Shown in pieces: positions 1 through 12,888 of a stretch of DNA of 64,000 nucleotides. The stretch comes from Basidiobolus meristosporus CBS 931.73 (Eukaryota; Fungi; Basidiobolomycota), in contig MCFE01000403.1 of assembly GCA_002104905.1 (NCBI GenBank), positions 17,073 to 81,072 on the forward strand, written 5' to 3'. The notes beneath the pieces were generated by a model, which worked only from the letters and a program-made list of their open reading frames with translations, did no database searches and was not told the DNA's origin. Numbering within the stretch: the stretch's first letter is position 1; each line of letters starts with the position of its first letter. Both the position numbers and the translations under genes were made by a program.

Positions 1-640
1 ATGGGTAATAAGTTAAGTAATGCAAAACTTGGTTTGGTGCAGCAAGCAACTAATTTTTATTAGGAAAACTCTACCACATTATGCCAGATTTCTCTTGGTC
101 ACAAGCCAACTCCTACACCATTGAAATTGGAATTCACACAAACAAGAGCCCAAACACACCATAGGGGGGAATAGACTCTAGCAGGAAGAAGAAAAATATT
201 GGCCAAGTACCAAAAAGGTTTTTCTGGATATTTAGGAGGTATTCTTGGCAGAAGTGGTGGCAACCAAGCATATGTTTGCAAGATGTATATGTTACCAGCT
301 ATACAAGGTATATGACAACTGTGCAAGTATCACACTAAGAAGCTGTAAGTTAATGTGCTAGAAGTATGTCAATTGCGGCAGGTGTACACAGTTGTTGAGG
401 TTAGTAAACAGGAGGCCATAGTATCTTGTGATTCACACTTTATGTAGAATACCCAAGTAAGTAGTGGGTAAGCAAATAAAGAGGGGTGACTCTACAGTGG
501 AATATATGAATTGCACAAGGGGAGGTAGAAAAATGCAATACCACTTGGTAAACTGGTATAGTGGCATTATAAAGAGCTAGCTGTAGGCTGCCATACTGCT
601 GTGATAATGCCATCAGAGGCTTGATGACCAAAATATTTTC
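1..640 (+). mobile_element. Degenerate CACTA/EnSpm-type transposase C-terminal remnant (copy 1)
   Basis: Its reverse complement aligns by eye with 3090-3700 and 49370-49950, which lie directly 3' of the CACTA-like transposase motifs at 49960-51100. No intact ORF. Confidence 0.55.
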
Positions 641-769
641 ATAGGGTCTGCTAATGATATTTATCATTTCTTATCCTGGTAACCTCTTTGTAGTAAGGAA
701 TCATTGTCACAGATACATTTTCTTGGCAGCTGAGCATCACCAGCATTGAATTAGCAATTTGACTTTGAC

Positions 770-1259
770 ATTGAGACAAAAGCATTTAGAGACACTTTAA
801 TCTTTCTTCTGGTACCTTAAGAATTCCTCACCCATGTTTTTAGTAGGGCATACTTCTCACATGACAATATCCCAAAGACCTCTTTCTTTTAGCCGCATCA
901 TCATCTTTATCTTCCCCACTTGGTAGTTAGAACCATCTAGCTTTTCAGCAGTTGGAAAAATTCTGGTAATAGTAGCAGTAGACAATGCAGAGAGTGACAG
1001 TTTGGGGCTCATAACCTTTTGCTGTGGAATTAATGGCCCTCTACACAATCTTATTATGGGTTTGCAATCACATTCTACTGATTCTACTTCTGAATGAAGT
1101 TAAAAACTTGAGAGCATTTGCACAGTCTTTTGACAATAGTTGCATGTCACTATAATGATCTTCATGCTCTCCACATTATTTGAGTAAATCTATTGTGTTG
1201 TATTATGATTAGTTTGGGGCTTGTTCTACAATGTAGAGACTAATCAACAATATACAACA
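770..1259 (-). mobile_element. Truncated Ty1/Copia 5' end (family D-like): LTR ~1020-1259, PBS, gag N-terminus
   Basis: ORF 857-1048 (SPKLSLSALST...EKLDGSNY...WDIVM) is homologous to the copia gag in ORF 9357-10070. Reverse complement of GGTTATGAGCCC lies at 1005-1016. The LTR boundaries are tentative. Confidence 0.65.
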
Positions 1260-1513
1260 ACTTCCAGTATGCTAATACTGAAATAGTTTATTGGGAGTTT
1301 GATATACCAATAGAAGATATAACTTTCACTAATATCCTCAATCTTGGGCTCAAAATATACTGTAGGCAGTGTTTATCACTTCTACAGCAGTGTTCTGACC
1401 TTCTGTCAACTAATGGGCTTATTTACTTTTCTAGTAACTTTTCCTTATTTGGAAGTCACTTTCCTTTCTGAGAAAATATTTCCTAATATGGAAATTCTGA
1501 ACTCCCCTTTAAC

Positions 1514-1610
1514 TCAAAGGGGTGTGTTGTAGAAGTCTCTAAAGGGGTCTTTAGACTAAAGGGGTGTCTAAAGGGGTGTCTTTAGAGTAAAGGGGTTTCT
1601 TAGAGGGGAC
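1514..1610. repeat. Short degenerate tandem repeat of (C)TAAAGGGGTGTCT-like units
   Basis: About 5-6 AAAGGGGT cores spaced 13-24 nt apart. Confidence 0.6.
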
Positions 1611-2231
1611 TTTTCCAACAGAAAAGTGGTAGTTTCTTGTAGAACTTAGATTGGATTCTTGTGAGCTTTGCAGTCTCTTTACTGATGTAGTACCAATCAA
1701 AGTCAGAATACTCAACAGTGCAAGTGATGCAGGGGAAGTCTTATAACCTTTAAACTTGTAACCGTAGTGTGGAGATTCTGGAAAGAGAGGCTCTCTCTTT
1801 ATTTTTCAGCTGGGGAAGTCATATATATGAAAATTTTGAAGAATCAAAGTTTTTGGGCGATTGCGCAAGCAATACACGTGATCCAAAGCTAAAATCTTGC
1901 AGTGGCGCAGATCGGACATAGGCGCAGCACCTGTGAAAATTTCACATGATTTGATTGGCTGGTTCAAAAGTTACACACAATCAAAGTCACCATAGTAATC
2001 CTAGCAATAAGGCATAGTATATATAATAGTTGGACTCTTTTGGTCATAACTCCTTAAGTACTGCTTCAAATGAGCTGTAATTTGAAACATGTGTTGGCTA
2101 CTACGTGTTCTGTATGACATAATATTCTTGGGTGGATTGCTTGTCAGGGTCTGGAGCATTTGTTCATCAAAGTTGGAAATTCTTGATCTTTCACTTGTGT
2201 GTTACAATAGCAAAAAGCAAAATAAAGAAAT

Positions 2232-2963
2232 AGACTTGTTCTGTTGGATAGTGCCACATTGAGCCATGAGTGCCAAATGATGCCATAGTGTGCCAGAGAG
2301 GTAAAGTGAGCCTCTACCTGGCCACAGAGTGTGAAACATAGCTCCGCATCTTCATGCAAAGCAGCCCCTGTGTTTCACCCATTGTGCAGGAGAAAATCCA
2401 TTTTTTGACCTTTTTTTGTGGATCAATGTAGCTGAGGATGTGTAAGAGCACAGGAGAACTGAAGATATGCATCTGGTACTCAATACCCATGGCACTCTGA
2501 ATCTAGCTCCTGTAGCTTGTATCATGTCACAAAAATGAATGGCACTATCTTGGTCCACTGGTACTATCTGGCACTATATTTAAATATTAGCCCTCAAGTA
2601 GATCTATACAAAGCACTTATAGTGCCAGATAGTACCAGTGGACCAAGATAGTGCCATTCATTTTTGTGACATGATGCAAGCTACAGGAGCTAGATTCAGA
2701 GTGCCATGGGTATTGAGTACCAGATGCATATCTTCAATCTGCTTGTGCTCTAACACATCCTGCACAACATTGATCCAAAAAAAAAGGTCAAAAATGGATT
2801 TTCTCCAGCACAATGGGTGAAACACAGGGGCTGCTTTGCATGAAGATGCGGAGCTATGTTTCACACTCTGTGGCCAGGTAGAGGCTCACATGGCCTCTCT
2901 GGCACACTATGGCATTATTTGGCACTCATGGCTCAATGTGGCACTATCCAACGGAACAAGTCT
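2232..2963. mobile_element. Non-autonomous foldback/MITE-like DNA transposon (PHIS-type ends), ~347-bp inverted arms with a 39-bp spacer
   Basis: Arms ~2232-2578 and 2618-2963 are reverse complements. Termini are AGACTTGTTC...GAACAAGTCT, with AAT on both sides (2229-2231, 2964-2966). Internal GGCACTAT/ATAGTGCC motifs recur. Confidence 0.85.
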
Positions 2964-3089
2964 AATGAGTGCAATATTGGTTTAGAGATATTGTAGTAAT
3001 GGAATACTTTCCATTACCACAGATCTAACCAGCTAATGCATCCAATTGCCATTCACAGCAAGAAACCTAGTACTCTGACTGCCTCATTG

Positions 3090-6000
3090 CAAACTTCTGA
3101 TGGCATTGTAATGGCAGTATAGCAGCCTACTGCTAGGTCTGTATAATGCTAACATACCAATAGACTAAATGATATTGTCTCTTTTCACCTCCTCTTGCAT
3201 CATTTATATACCACAGTAGATTCACTCCTCCTTATTTGCTTGCCCACTACTACCTTGTGTAAGTCACATTTAGCTCAAATCAAAAAAACTATGGCCTCCT
3301 GTTTATTAACCTCTTCCTAGCTTAATGCATACTGCAATTGACATACTTCTATCACCTTAACTTCACACCTTTTTGGTGTGATACTTGCAAATTGCCATTT
3401 ACCTTGTATTACTGGTAGCATATACATCTTGCAAGCATATGCTTGGTTGTTGCCTCTTTTGCCATGAACACCTCCTGAATATCCATAAAGAACTTCTTAG
3501 TACTTAGCCAATATATCACTTCTCTCTGCTGGATTCTAATCCCCAATATAGGTTCACTCCAGCTCTTGTTTGTGAGAACTCTGTAGTGAATGATGTAGAA
3601 ACTGGCCTGAAACCAAGCAAAGCCTGGCATATTTTGGTGAAGTTGTCCTAATAAAATTTAGTTACCTGTTGTGTCCAGTCCAACCTGGCATTACTTGACA
3701 TACCCTGCATCTTAAGTATTTCCAGCTTCCAAATAATCTCATATTCTGGCTGATTGCTTATTGGTTGCCAGCTTTGCTACAATTACATGATGACTTTTGT
3801 GAGTTCCCTCTGTGAGAAGAGGATGTTCCTAGTGTTGGTGTTCTGATAATAATCATGTATATGAATTATGGGGTAAGTCCCCAGGATCTAAGACATTTAA
3901 TGACAGTGCCATCCATAGTGCCCAGAAAACCTGGCTATTTTTCTGATGGCTGGGGTATTACAAATGCAGAAATGCTATGTGTGTTGATATAACAACTATT
4001 TACTAGTATGCAGCTGGAAAGTGTACTAAATGCCTTCAGCAATAAATATAGGTAGCTATCCAGGTTGGTCAGTGATTTGGGCACAGATACCAGCAAGACT
4101 ACCATCAGAGTTCTGCTCTGTTATTGTAAGATTGGTGGCAGATTCAGGTTGATGAGAATCATTGGCCAGCAGGACTTTCTGGTAGAGTACTTCATTGTCT
4201 TTACTCATATAAGTCTAAGTCAGTCTTATATTTGAGACATTGCACTTACATGAATATGCATTTCAATGCTGACCTACCATAGAAAGAACTGTAAATAAAG
4301 TTGTGGCACTACATTCACATTTATATTGAATACTATTTCCCCTTTTGCTAGACTTACTATTATATGTATGCCTGGACAATAGCTTGCTGACATTCAGTGC
4401 AAGCTGGGCTACATCCACAAAAGGCCATGTTGACAGTGCGCCCACCCAAGGTAATAACAAGGACTCTGCAGGCTCACTGTCAAGTAAGCAATTGAGAATA
4501 TCTGTGGAGCTGCAAGCTGAACAGAATAGACTTGTTCCATTGCACAATGCCAGGGTGTGTGGTGCAATCTGAGGTGGTAAAGATTAGTCAGGCCCAATGC
4601 TGTAGCTACTAGTATATAGGATTGCTCTTGGACAATTCCACACTATCTGGGGTAATCTTGCATACTATAGCACAATTTGGAACAATAAGGTAGGCACCAA
4701 TGATGGTGCCAGCTTGTAATGTTTGCATCACATGCACAGTTGGATACCACTATTATGGTAAATAGAATCAGGTACTTCAGTATATTTTCTTCAATTTACA
4801 CAGAAATAAATGCATATCACACCATAAACTTCACCAATATTTACCATTTTAGTCACAATCACCCCAATTGGACAGAGTGTGAGTAATTGACTGGTCTAAC
4901 AGTATCTTGAAGCTGTGAGCCCCAATTTATTCATTGACCATTACACAAGCAACTTGATATGCTATCTAATATCCCATCTTGCCCACTAGACAGGTAAAGC
5001 CCTGATATTAGTGATTGGACAAGGTGTCATTGCTAGAATACAACCAATTTGGTATGTGCAAAACAGACCAAATAACTGCACTGGTGCTACAGATATTGTA
5101 AATGTATACATGGTGTCTATCTTTAGGGGCTCTGCCTCAGATGTGAAACAACCTCAATATTGCTTATATCTTAATTTAGTGATCACCACTTTGCAATGAC
5201 TTAATTTGGATTACAACAAAAATGCATTGTTTGGATCATCACAAATGATAGTTATCTTACCCAATTGCTTCATTTTCTTCTAGGGTTTTTTCTCACAGTG
5301 ATTGCTACTGAGGCATTTGGTAGTGATTCACTTTGCATGCCTAAACTACTTCCTTATTGACAATCATCTTGACTACTTGGGTACTTGTAAGTCAGTGTTT
5401 TGCCTCTTGGTTGATGAGCTTGGTGCTGGAGCTTAGCTGTGCCCAATTGGTCTAGATGCTGTTATGCAGACAGCCTGAAGTGACACATACTGATAAGTTC
5501 TTTTAAATGCCTAAGGCTCCTGTGGTGGAAGCCTTTCAAAGAGTCATTGTCAGTCAGTGTACCAGGAGTACCTGCAAATAGTCAGGTGCAACTTGAAGAG
5601 TAGGCATGGCCCTTGGCTAAGTTTGATGTGATGCAACATGCTGACACAACCTGACCTGCTCCAGTGAACCTGTGCATGATCAAGCAGTCTGGTAAGTTCT
5701 GGTATATATGCACTGAACCATCTATATTGACCTGATGCATGGCACTCTTGTAAAGGTTATGGCCATAGATTAAACTGAAATGGGCTGGCATGCTTGTATT
5801 GCAAGGGATGATAGGAATTCATTCAGGCATGCCAGTGCAATCTAAATGGAGTTGCCCATAGTGCGTATTCCGCCTCTTAAAGCGCACCTTCTGATTTCTT
5901 ATGGCATCACTACCCTCTGTCTAATACTTTGGAGCTGTTACCTTGATGAGTCCTGTGTATATTGCTCTCAAAAGCCACGTAACTCTACCAATATATCAAG

Positions 6001-8247
6001 CAGGACATCAGTCAACTGAGGAAAAAATTACTCACACCTCCTTGATTCCAAAGTTAAGGCACCAGCAAATATATCCAGTCTATACTGTGCAAATTCAGTG
6101 TGCAATTGTTTGCATGCAGCTTCCTCCTAAACTCCCCTCACTCTCCATTCATTCTTGATTTCAATACTTGTCTTACTATGTATCCTCTTACATATATCTA
6201 CCAAAGTCATGATGTAGAACTCAAGCCACCTCTTTATATGTAAATTGTTTTGTCTCTGTCAACTTGCTGAGGTATCCAGTTCTGCTAGATTAATGAGTGG
6301 TGCTTAAATATCTGTATGAAGGCTCATCATAGACACTAAGGCCATACTAAATTGATGTGGTAAGAACTCAAATGGATCCAGCATTGCTTTCTCAGGTCAA
6401 GACCATGTTTGTAAGCTGGGGGATTAGCATTGTATTGGTTGTGCTAAAGATGAGTTGAGGTTGGTAAAGGGACCAAAGTGCTGGATTGGGATACTTTTAC
6501 AGTAGTATAATGGCTTCTATCTGGTCATATTTGAAATATATAGAAATTAATGTGTAAGTTGAGTTTTCTATATATTATGCATGATGAATCTTGAATTGCA
6601 TTGACACTGATCAGAATTACATCAGTTGCAGATTTTCTATTTGATTACAGACTTATGAGTAGATCATCAATAAAATCACTAAGTCATTGCTTGTGGATGA
6701 TTTTGCATCATAATGATAGGATAGGTAGCAATTGATGGAGATTTAATCAGCATGCAAGGAAAATGAATTAAACTATGCTGATTGTGTCAAATCAGTTCAA
6801 GTCACATCCATGTATTCACCTACCAATCTTAATATGGTTTGCTCTTCCAAAAGTTCTTTACCATTAATTCCATAACAACTGCTGGATTTTCTTTTGATCT
6901 ATCCAAGGAGATCTATGCCAAGTACAGTGCATCATCCATACCAATCTACTCATGGAGACTCTGTGTCATGCTTCACTGATATTATAAGAGCCATTGCACT
7001 ACAAGGTGCCACCCCACCATCCATGGTTACAAAAGTCTTAGAAGCATTCATTCAAAGCTGACTGCAATGACAAACCACCTTGCAGAGAGTACTAATGACT
7101 TAAACAAGCTTGGAATACTCAGTTCAGAAGCTCCAATACACTCCATATTCTGGAGTGTTCAGCAACAGATTTCATATCAGGCATACTTTGGATACCTTCC
7201 AGTCATGATTAACAGACCTTTCAGAGGGCAGAAGCTCCAATTTTCTGGAAAATACAAGGCACATTGTGTGAGGTTTCAAGCACTGTCTGACTTAGAGTGT
7301 TATATATTTTGGCTCAGTGTGCCATTTGCTGGGAGTAGGAATGGCAAAGCACTTTGGGTGGAGAATCATCCCAAATTCTAAAGAGGGGAGATATCTATAA
7401 CAGATTTAACTCACATAGGAGAGAATTGTCAGAAATTAAGAAATATTAGAGCCTGTAGGAAGGCAAGGAATAGTATGCTTAATAGGAAGCACAAGCACTA
7501 TACTGGGATATTGAGTCATTTAGAGTGAGAGTAAAGCATGCACCTGGATATCTAATGATATTCAGCATATTAGCAGATAAATACAGAGGAAGGTGATAAT
7601 CAGAAGAAAAGAGCATAATAGGTAGAAAAGTCAAGATATTATTAATGCCTAATATACTGATGCAAGAAGACATCCACTGAGAGAAATGTGTCTGGAGTAT
7701 TATGATGAGTAACTAAGCTAGAAATGCACTACTCTGGGCAACATTAGTACAACTGAGTAAAATTACTGGTAACTGAATACTCCCACTTGGATCATGGTAA
7801 AAGCTTAAGTGCCAGATAGTGCCGTAGAGTTTCAGAATGATTGGGCACTATGAACAAGCTGGCAATATGTAACACTATCCAACAGAACAAGTCTAATGCT
7901 TGGGCAGATGAGAATGTAGCAAGCCCAGTACCTTGGCTGAAGACCAGCAAGTGACCATTAATACAATAACACCAGTATGTTTGCAAGTGTGCCATCAGCT
8001 ACTACCAAACTATCAATGAGGCAATCAGGAGTAGTCACCCAAAGGATAGATGCTTTTGCCCCGAGAAATCTGCAAGTAGTTCAGAAGCAGGATAAGTGGA
8101 TAATGCATGTAGAGAATTTGATATCCCAGGCAGAGAGCATAATTTCTATTCTACAAAGAAGGAACTCAAGTAGCACAATGACACAGCCAAGTATTGAGTT
8201 ACAGCCCAATGTAACAGCAGAGGTGCACTGTGCATTCTCTGAAATGC
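3090..8247 (-). mobile_element. CACTA/EnSpm-type element remnant (copy 2, internally deleted), interrupted by the PHIS element at 4528-7894
   Basis: 3090-4200 is homologous to 49370-51230 (transposase, - strand). 4340-4527 plus 7898-8247 is homologous to 52640-53180 (second ORF, + strand). Confidence 0.65.
4528..7894 (+). mobile_element. PHIS-superfamily (PIF/Harbinger/ISL2EU-related) DNA transposon, decayed; DDE_Tnp_4-like transposase on + strand ~6250-7680
   Basis: 10-bp TIR AGACTTGTTC and TSD AAT (4525-4527, 7895-7897). Transposase fragments FSGKYKAHCVRFQALS..WLSVPFAGSRN (ORF 7067-7381). The homologous empty site is at 52838-52840. Confidence 0.8.
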
Positions 8248-9126
8248 TGCTATGATCTACCACTTGAATGATCAAGTTAAATCAGTTTTTAGTCAAATCA
8301 ATTAGTTTAAGTTTATCCTATCAATATATCAGTGTGATCAATTAATCATTAGTATTAATTAGCAGATGAATCATCAGATCCTATCAGACAGAATTAGATG
8401 TATTAAGTAGGATCTAATTGGGTGATGATGATGCAATTAAATGAGTCATCAGCCACAACCTACATTGAGAAATACAGTTAGTCAGCAATTATTCTTGCAA
8501 AATGTGTATAAGGAGCTGCTGGAACCTCACCAAAGATCATTTTAAGTTTTAGTGAATTCAATACTAGCTAAACTCTCTAATTCCCTACAACTCTTATATC
8601 AAGACTTGTAACATTGGTGGCAGCAATAGGCAGAAACCTCCCCCACAGAAGAAAGAAGACACCACTCTCAAGATGTAACAAAATCAAGAATGGAACAATG
8701 CTATGCAGCATATCCTGGCCCAACAGCAAAGTTACCCTGGACCCTTAGCCAGCAGCAAAAAGATATGACCATCATGGCCCAGAGCCAGTAAACCCTGTCA
8801 AGAGCAACTTTGGTGCAAAGGTCAACCAGTACAATAGTAGAGTCAATGAAACCCTGGGAACTTGGCTCTTCCAAATTGAAGTAGCTTTTAAAACTAAGGG
8901 AATTGCTCCAGAAAGCAGGTTGCATCATGCTGCTTCTTATGTAGCATATACAGCTTTACAGTGGTACCACAACAAGATAGGTCTGCCACCATGTTTGGAT
9001 GCTCTACAATCTCTACCTGGGATGAGTTTGTGCAGGAAATTCAGGATGGTCTATTGACCCCCACACCAGTAAACACTACTAAGAAGGAAGTTGAAGACAC
9101 TCAGACAGACAGGAATGGCTCAAGAG

Positions 9127-12100
9127 TGTTGTAAAAACTTGTAATTCCACCTAAATATTCACCTAACTTAGTCACTTAGATCATTACCCTCAAATCCTAG
9201 AGAATACTAACCAAATTCCTTGTTGGGATTTACTTAGAATATTTTCACCAAAACACCAGGTACCCAGAACATGAAAATTCTCAAAGTTGTCCCAACAGCC
9301 CCAGACTTTGCACACATGCTCTTGGGACCTTCCTCAACCTATTCTACAGGTTTGTAATGCCAAGACCCTGTAAAAGTATAAATACTACTTTTACATTCAA
9401 TAAATTGTTAAGTGAAAACCACATAATCTACTTGTCCTCCCAATCACTTCCAATATCTCCAAGACTCTTACAACAGGTTATGAGCCCCAAGCTGTCACTC
9501 TCTGCAGTGTCTACTACTGCTATTACTGGAATTTTTCCCTCTGCTGAAAAGTTGGATGGATCTAACTACCAATTGTGGAAGGTGAAGATGAAGATGCTGC
9601 TGCAAGAAATAGGCCTTTGGGATATTGTCATGGGAAAAGAATGCCCTCCTAAAAACGTGGGAGAGGATGCCTTAAAGTACCAGAAGAAGGAACAAAGTGC
9701 CTTTAACTGCATTTGCCTTAATGTAAAGGACAAATTGCTAATTCAATGCTCAAGAGCAAAAATGGCAAAGAATGCCTGGAAAGCATTAGAAGACACCTAC
9801 CAGTCATGTTCAGCTGCCAAGAAAATGTATCTGAGACAAAAATGCTTTGCTACAAGGATGCTACTAGGAGAAGAAATGAAAAATCTAATTAACAGAGATA
9901 CCCTGCTGGTAGATGAGATGGAATCTGTTGGCGTACCAACTACTGATGAGGATGAGATAGTTACCATCCTGAATAGCCTGACAGACAAGTTTCAGGGCCT
10001 TGTATCAGCCTTAGAGTCCAGAACTGAAGATTTGACCTTAAATTATGTATATGGAAGGCTCCTGGATTAAGATTTAAGAAAATCAAGCGCTGTGGTGGTG
10101 TATAGGTCCAAGGGAGAGATACGTCCAACACTTCTCAAGTGTTTTGTGTGTGGGGTGTTCACTGGGTGCAATAACCTCTGGCAAAAGCTTGCTAGGAATA
10201 CTTGGGTTCTGTCTCTAATATAATGTGAAGGGGAATAAAGCCACAAGCTTGTCAAGGGAAAACTATTGAGCTACAATCCCCAACTTAGTTGGCGTCTTAA
10301 CAAAAGTATGTGCTGGGTTCAGCGTCCTTTGAGATGACAATGTACTAAAGCTTCCAAAGTCAAAACAACTGTAAACTCCACCAGCAGGGACTTGATAAGA
10401 ATGCAGCAGTGGTCAATAGTTACAAAGACAGAAAAGTATCTTTGCCTGTACAAGAACAAACTTGGGAAAGAATCAAATATAATAAAAGATACCTACTCCG
10501 AGTATTCCTCACAAGTAGTGCCTCCAAGGTCAGTTGGCTGTCAGCGCGGTTTCCTGGGAGTGTCCTGTGGTCTGGGGTTGGAAGTTCAGGTAGCAGCAGG
10601 TAGCAGTGATCACACTAATCAACAAGTTGGTATATTGATAAAAGGGATGATGATTTATTGTTGAGGGATAGCCTCCCTTATATACTTTTCTTACCGGCTA
10701 AGTGATTACTAATCATGGTGTTCCAGAAGGTTCCGGATATCAATAGAAATCTTAATGACATCAGAATGACCTAAGAATGTTCTAAGTAGGTGCCGGAAGG
10801 TTCTAAGAGGCACAGCACATCCAACCAATCAGGAATCAGTATTCTGAAACCTGTGCAACATGGGGATACCATATATGGTATGGAAATGGTAGGGATGGTG
10901 ACACGGGTTGATCATGTGTCACGGGTACTGGCACAGGTACTTGCCTAATATAGAAGCACTTGTAGCTAGTAATCTTACATAAAGTGAGGGGTAACTTATG
11001 CAATAAGGTAAGCAGGTGTGATAGTCAACCGGCTTATGGGATAGTACTGATTGGGTAAGACAAATGGGATAAAACTAAAATAAGTGTAGTAGAGATATAG
11101 GGAAGTAGAAAATAAGGGAATGAGCACATCTGTCAGTGGGTGTCACTGTCACCCCACTACAGCGCCAATAAGAAGGAAAAAGAAAATGCTTTAATAAGCA
11201 ATGATAACCAGCAAAGGGGGTACCCCAGACCCTACAAAGGCAACAGCAACCTATTTTGCAACTACTGCAAAAGGAAAGGACACACATCAGACCGGTGACT
11301 CAAAAAGAGAGATTATCAGCAAAAGACGCCTGAATATGGAAATGCTGCAACAACTGAAGATAGACTATTCATATCTGCACTAAATATGACCACAAATAAG
11401 AATTCTTAGATGTGGTATATTGACTCTGGAGCTTCTCAACACTTTACACACCAAAAGAACTTTTTTCCCAATATCAAGAAATTCCAATTAAGAAGGTTTT
11501 CATGGGTGACAATAGAACACTTGATGCAGTGGGAGAAGGAACTATTCAAGTAAACCTTAGAAGCAGTGAAGGAAGCCATACACTGACCTTTAAAGAAGTA
11601 CTATATGTACCAGAAATAGCCAAGAACCTACTCTCTGTAATCAAGGCCACAGCAGAAGGACTCAGTTTCAGTCTTGACAATTCTGGATGCAGGATCACTG
11701 ATCAAAATGGTGCCCATATTGCTTTGGGCATCAGAGATCAGAATCTATACAAGTTGACTTATATTCCATCATATTTTGAAGCAAATATAAGTAACTTAAA
11801 TGAAGAAACACTAATTCTTTGGCACAGGAGATTTGGACAAATCAATTTTGATTATTTGCGTAAAATGATCAAGGATCAGCTAATTTCTGGAGTGAAAATT
11901 GATCCCCCAGCTAGTTTGGAGCACTGTGAATCCTGCATATATGGGAAACAAGCCAGACAACCATTCAAGAGCTCTGGGTTAATCAAAACTAAGAAATATT
12001 TGATCTAATTCACTCAGATCTGTGTGGACCTATGCAAAATTTATCCTTAGGTGGGATGAAGTATTTAATCACTTTTATTGATGATTATACAAGATACACA

Positions 12101-12621
12101 TGGGTCTACTTCATGGAGAGAAAGGAAGAAGCTCTGTCTAAGTTCAGGGAGTTTAAAGCCTTGGTGGAGAGAGAAACTGGTGAAAAAATCAAGAAAATAC
12201 GCTCTGACAATGGTGGAGAATATACCTCAAAACTCTTCATCCACTTCTGCAAAATTCATGAGATAAAGCAAGAGACTACTGTACCATACTCCCCACAGCA
12301 AAATGGAGTAGCAGAACAAGCTAACAGATCTATAATTGTTATGGCAAGATCTATGATCCATGATCAAAAATTATCCTATGATTTTTGGGCGGAATCAGTT
12401 GCCACTGCTGTATACCTTAAAAATAGGAGTTATAACAGAATACTTTGTGGTTCTACTCCATTTGAAGCATGGTATGGACACAAGCTGATCAAGTTCAGGG
12501 ATGTGTTGCTTGATGAAAATTCAAAATTTTCACAAAAAATGACATCAGATGATGACAAATATTTGATCTCAAGTTCACCTATTGTCAGGATTGAATCCAA
12601 GCAAAACAATGAAGATTTTTT
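9127..12621 (+). mobile_element. Ty1/Copia family D, 3'-truncated: LTR 9127-9475, PBS 9476-9487, gag, protease, GAG-pre-integrase, integrase
   Basis: LTR TGTTGTAA...TTACAACA and half-tRNA-iMet-type PBS GGTTATGAGCCC. gag EKLDGSNYQLWKVKM, zinc knuckle CNYCKRKGH, WYIDSGASQH, integrase DLCGPM...FIDDYTRYTWVYF...SDNGGEY...QQNGVAE. Confidence 0.9.
10091..11161 (-). mobile_element. Solo LTR of Gypsy family A (1071 bp) inserted in copia D gag
   Basis: TG...CA ends and near identity to 39034-40103. 4-bp TSD GCGC at 10087-10090 and 11162-11165. Removing it restores the gag frame into the zinc knuckle. Confidence 0.92.
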
Positions 12622-12888
12622 ATATATACATTTTGCCAGATCAATTGCTGACTAATTCTATTTCCTAATGTAGATTGTGGCTGATGACTTATTTGATTGC
12701 ATCATCATCACCCAATAAGATCCTACTAAATATAACCATTTCTGTCTGATAAGGATCTGCTGATTCATTTACTGCCTAATGCTACTGATTTGATAGATAA
12801 TACTGATATACTGATCAGCTAAACATATCACCCATTGATTTGACTAAAAACTGAACTAACTTAAAAATTCAAGTGGCAGAGCATAACA
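12622..12888 (-). mobile_element. Partial family C LTR inserted in C' pol; one end lost in a deletion that joins it to the copia D integrase
   Basis: Matches 34215-34478 and ends ...GCATAACA. The junction with copia lies at the LTR's TATATA stretch. Confidence 0.8.

Noticed and set aside
9357-9480. N-terminal extension of the 237-aa copia gag ORF
   Set aside because: It lies inside the LTR and PBS; the homologous gag start is MSPKLSLS at about 9480.
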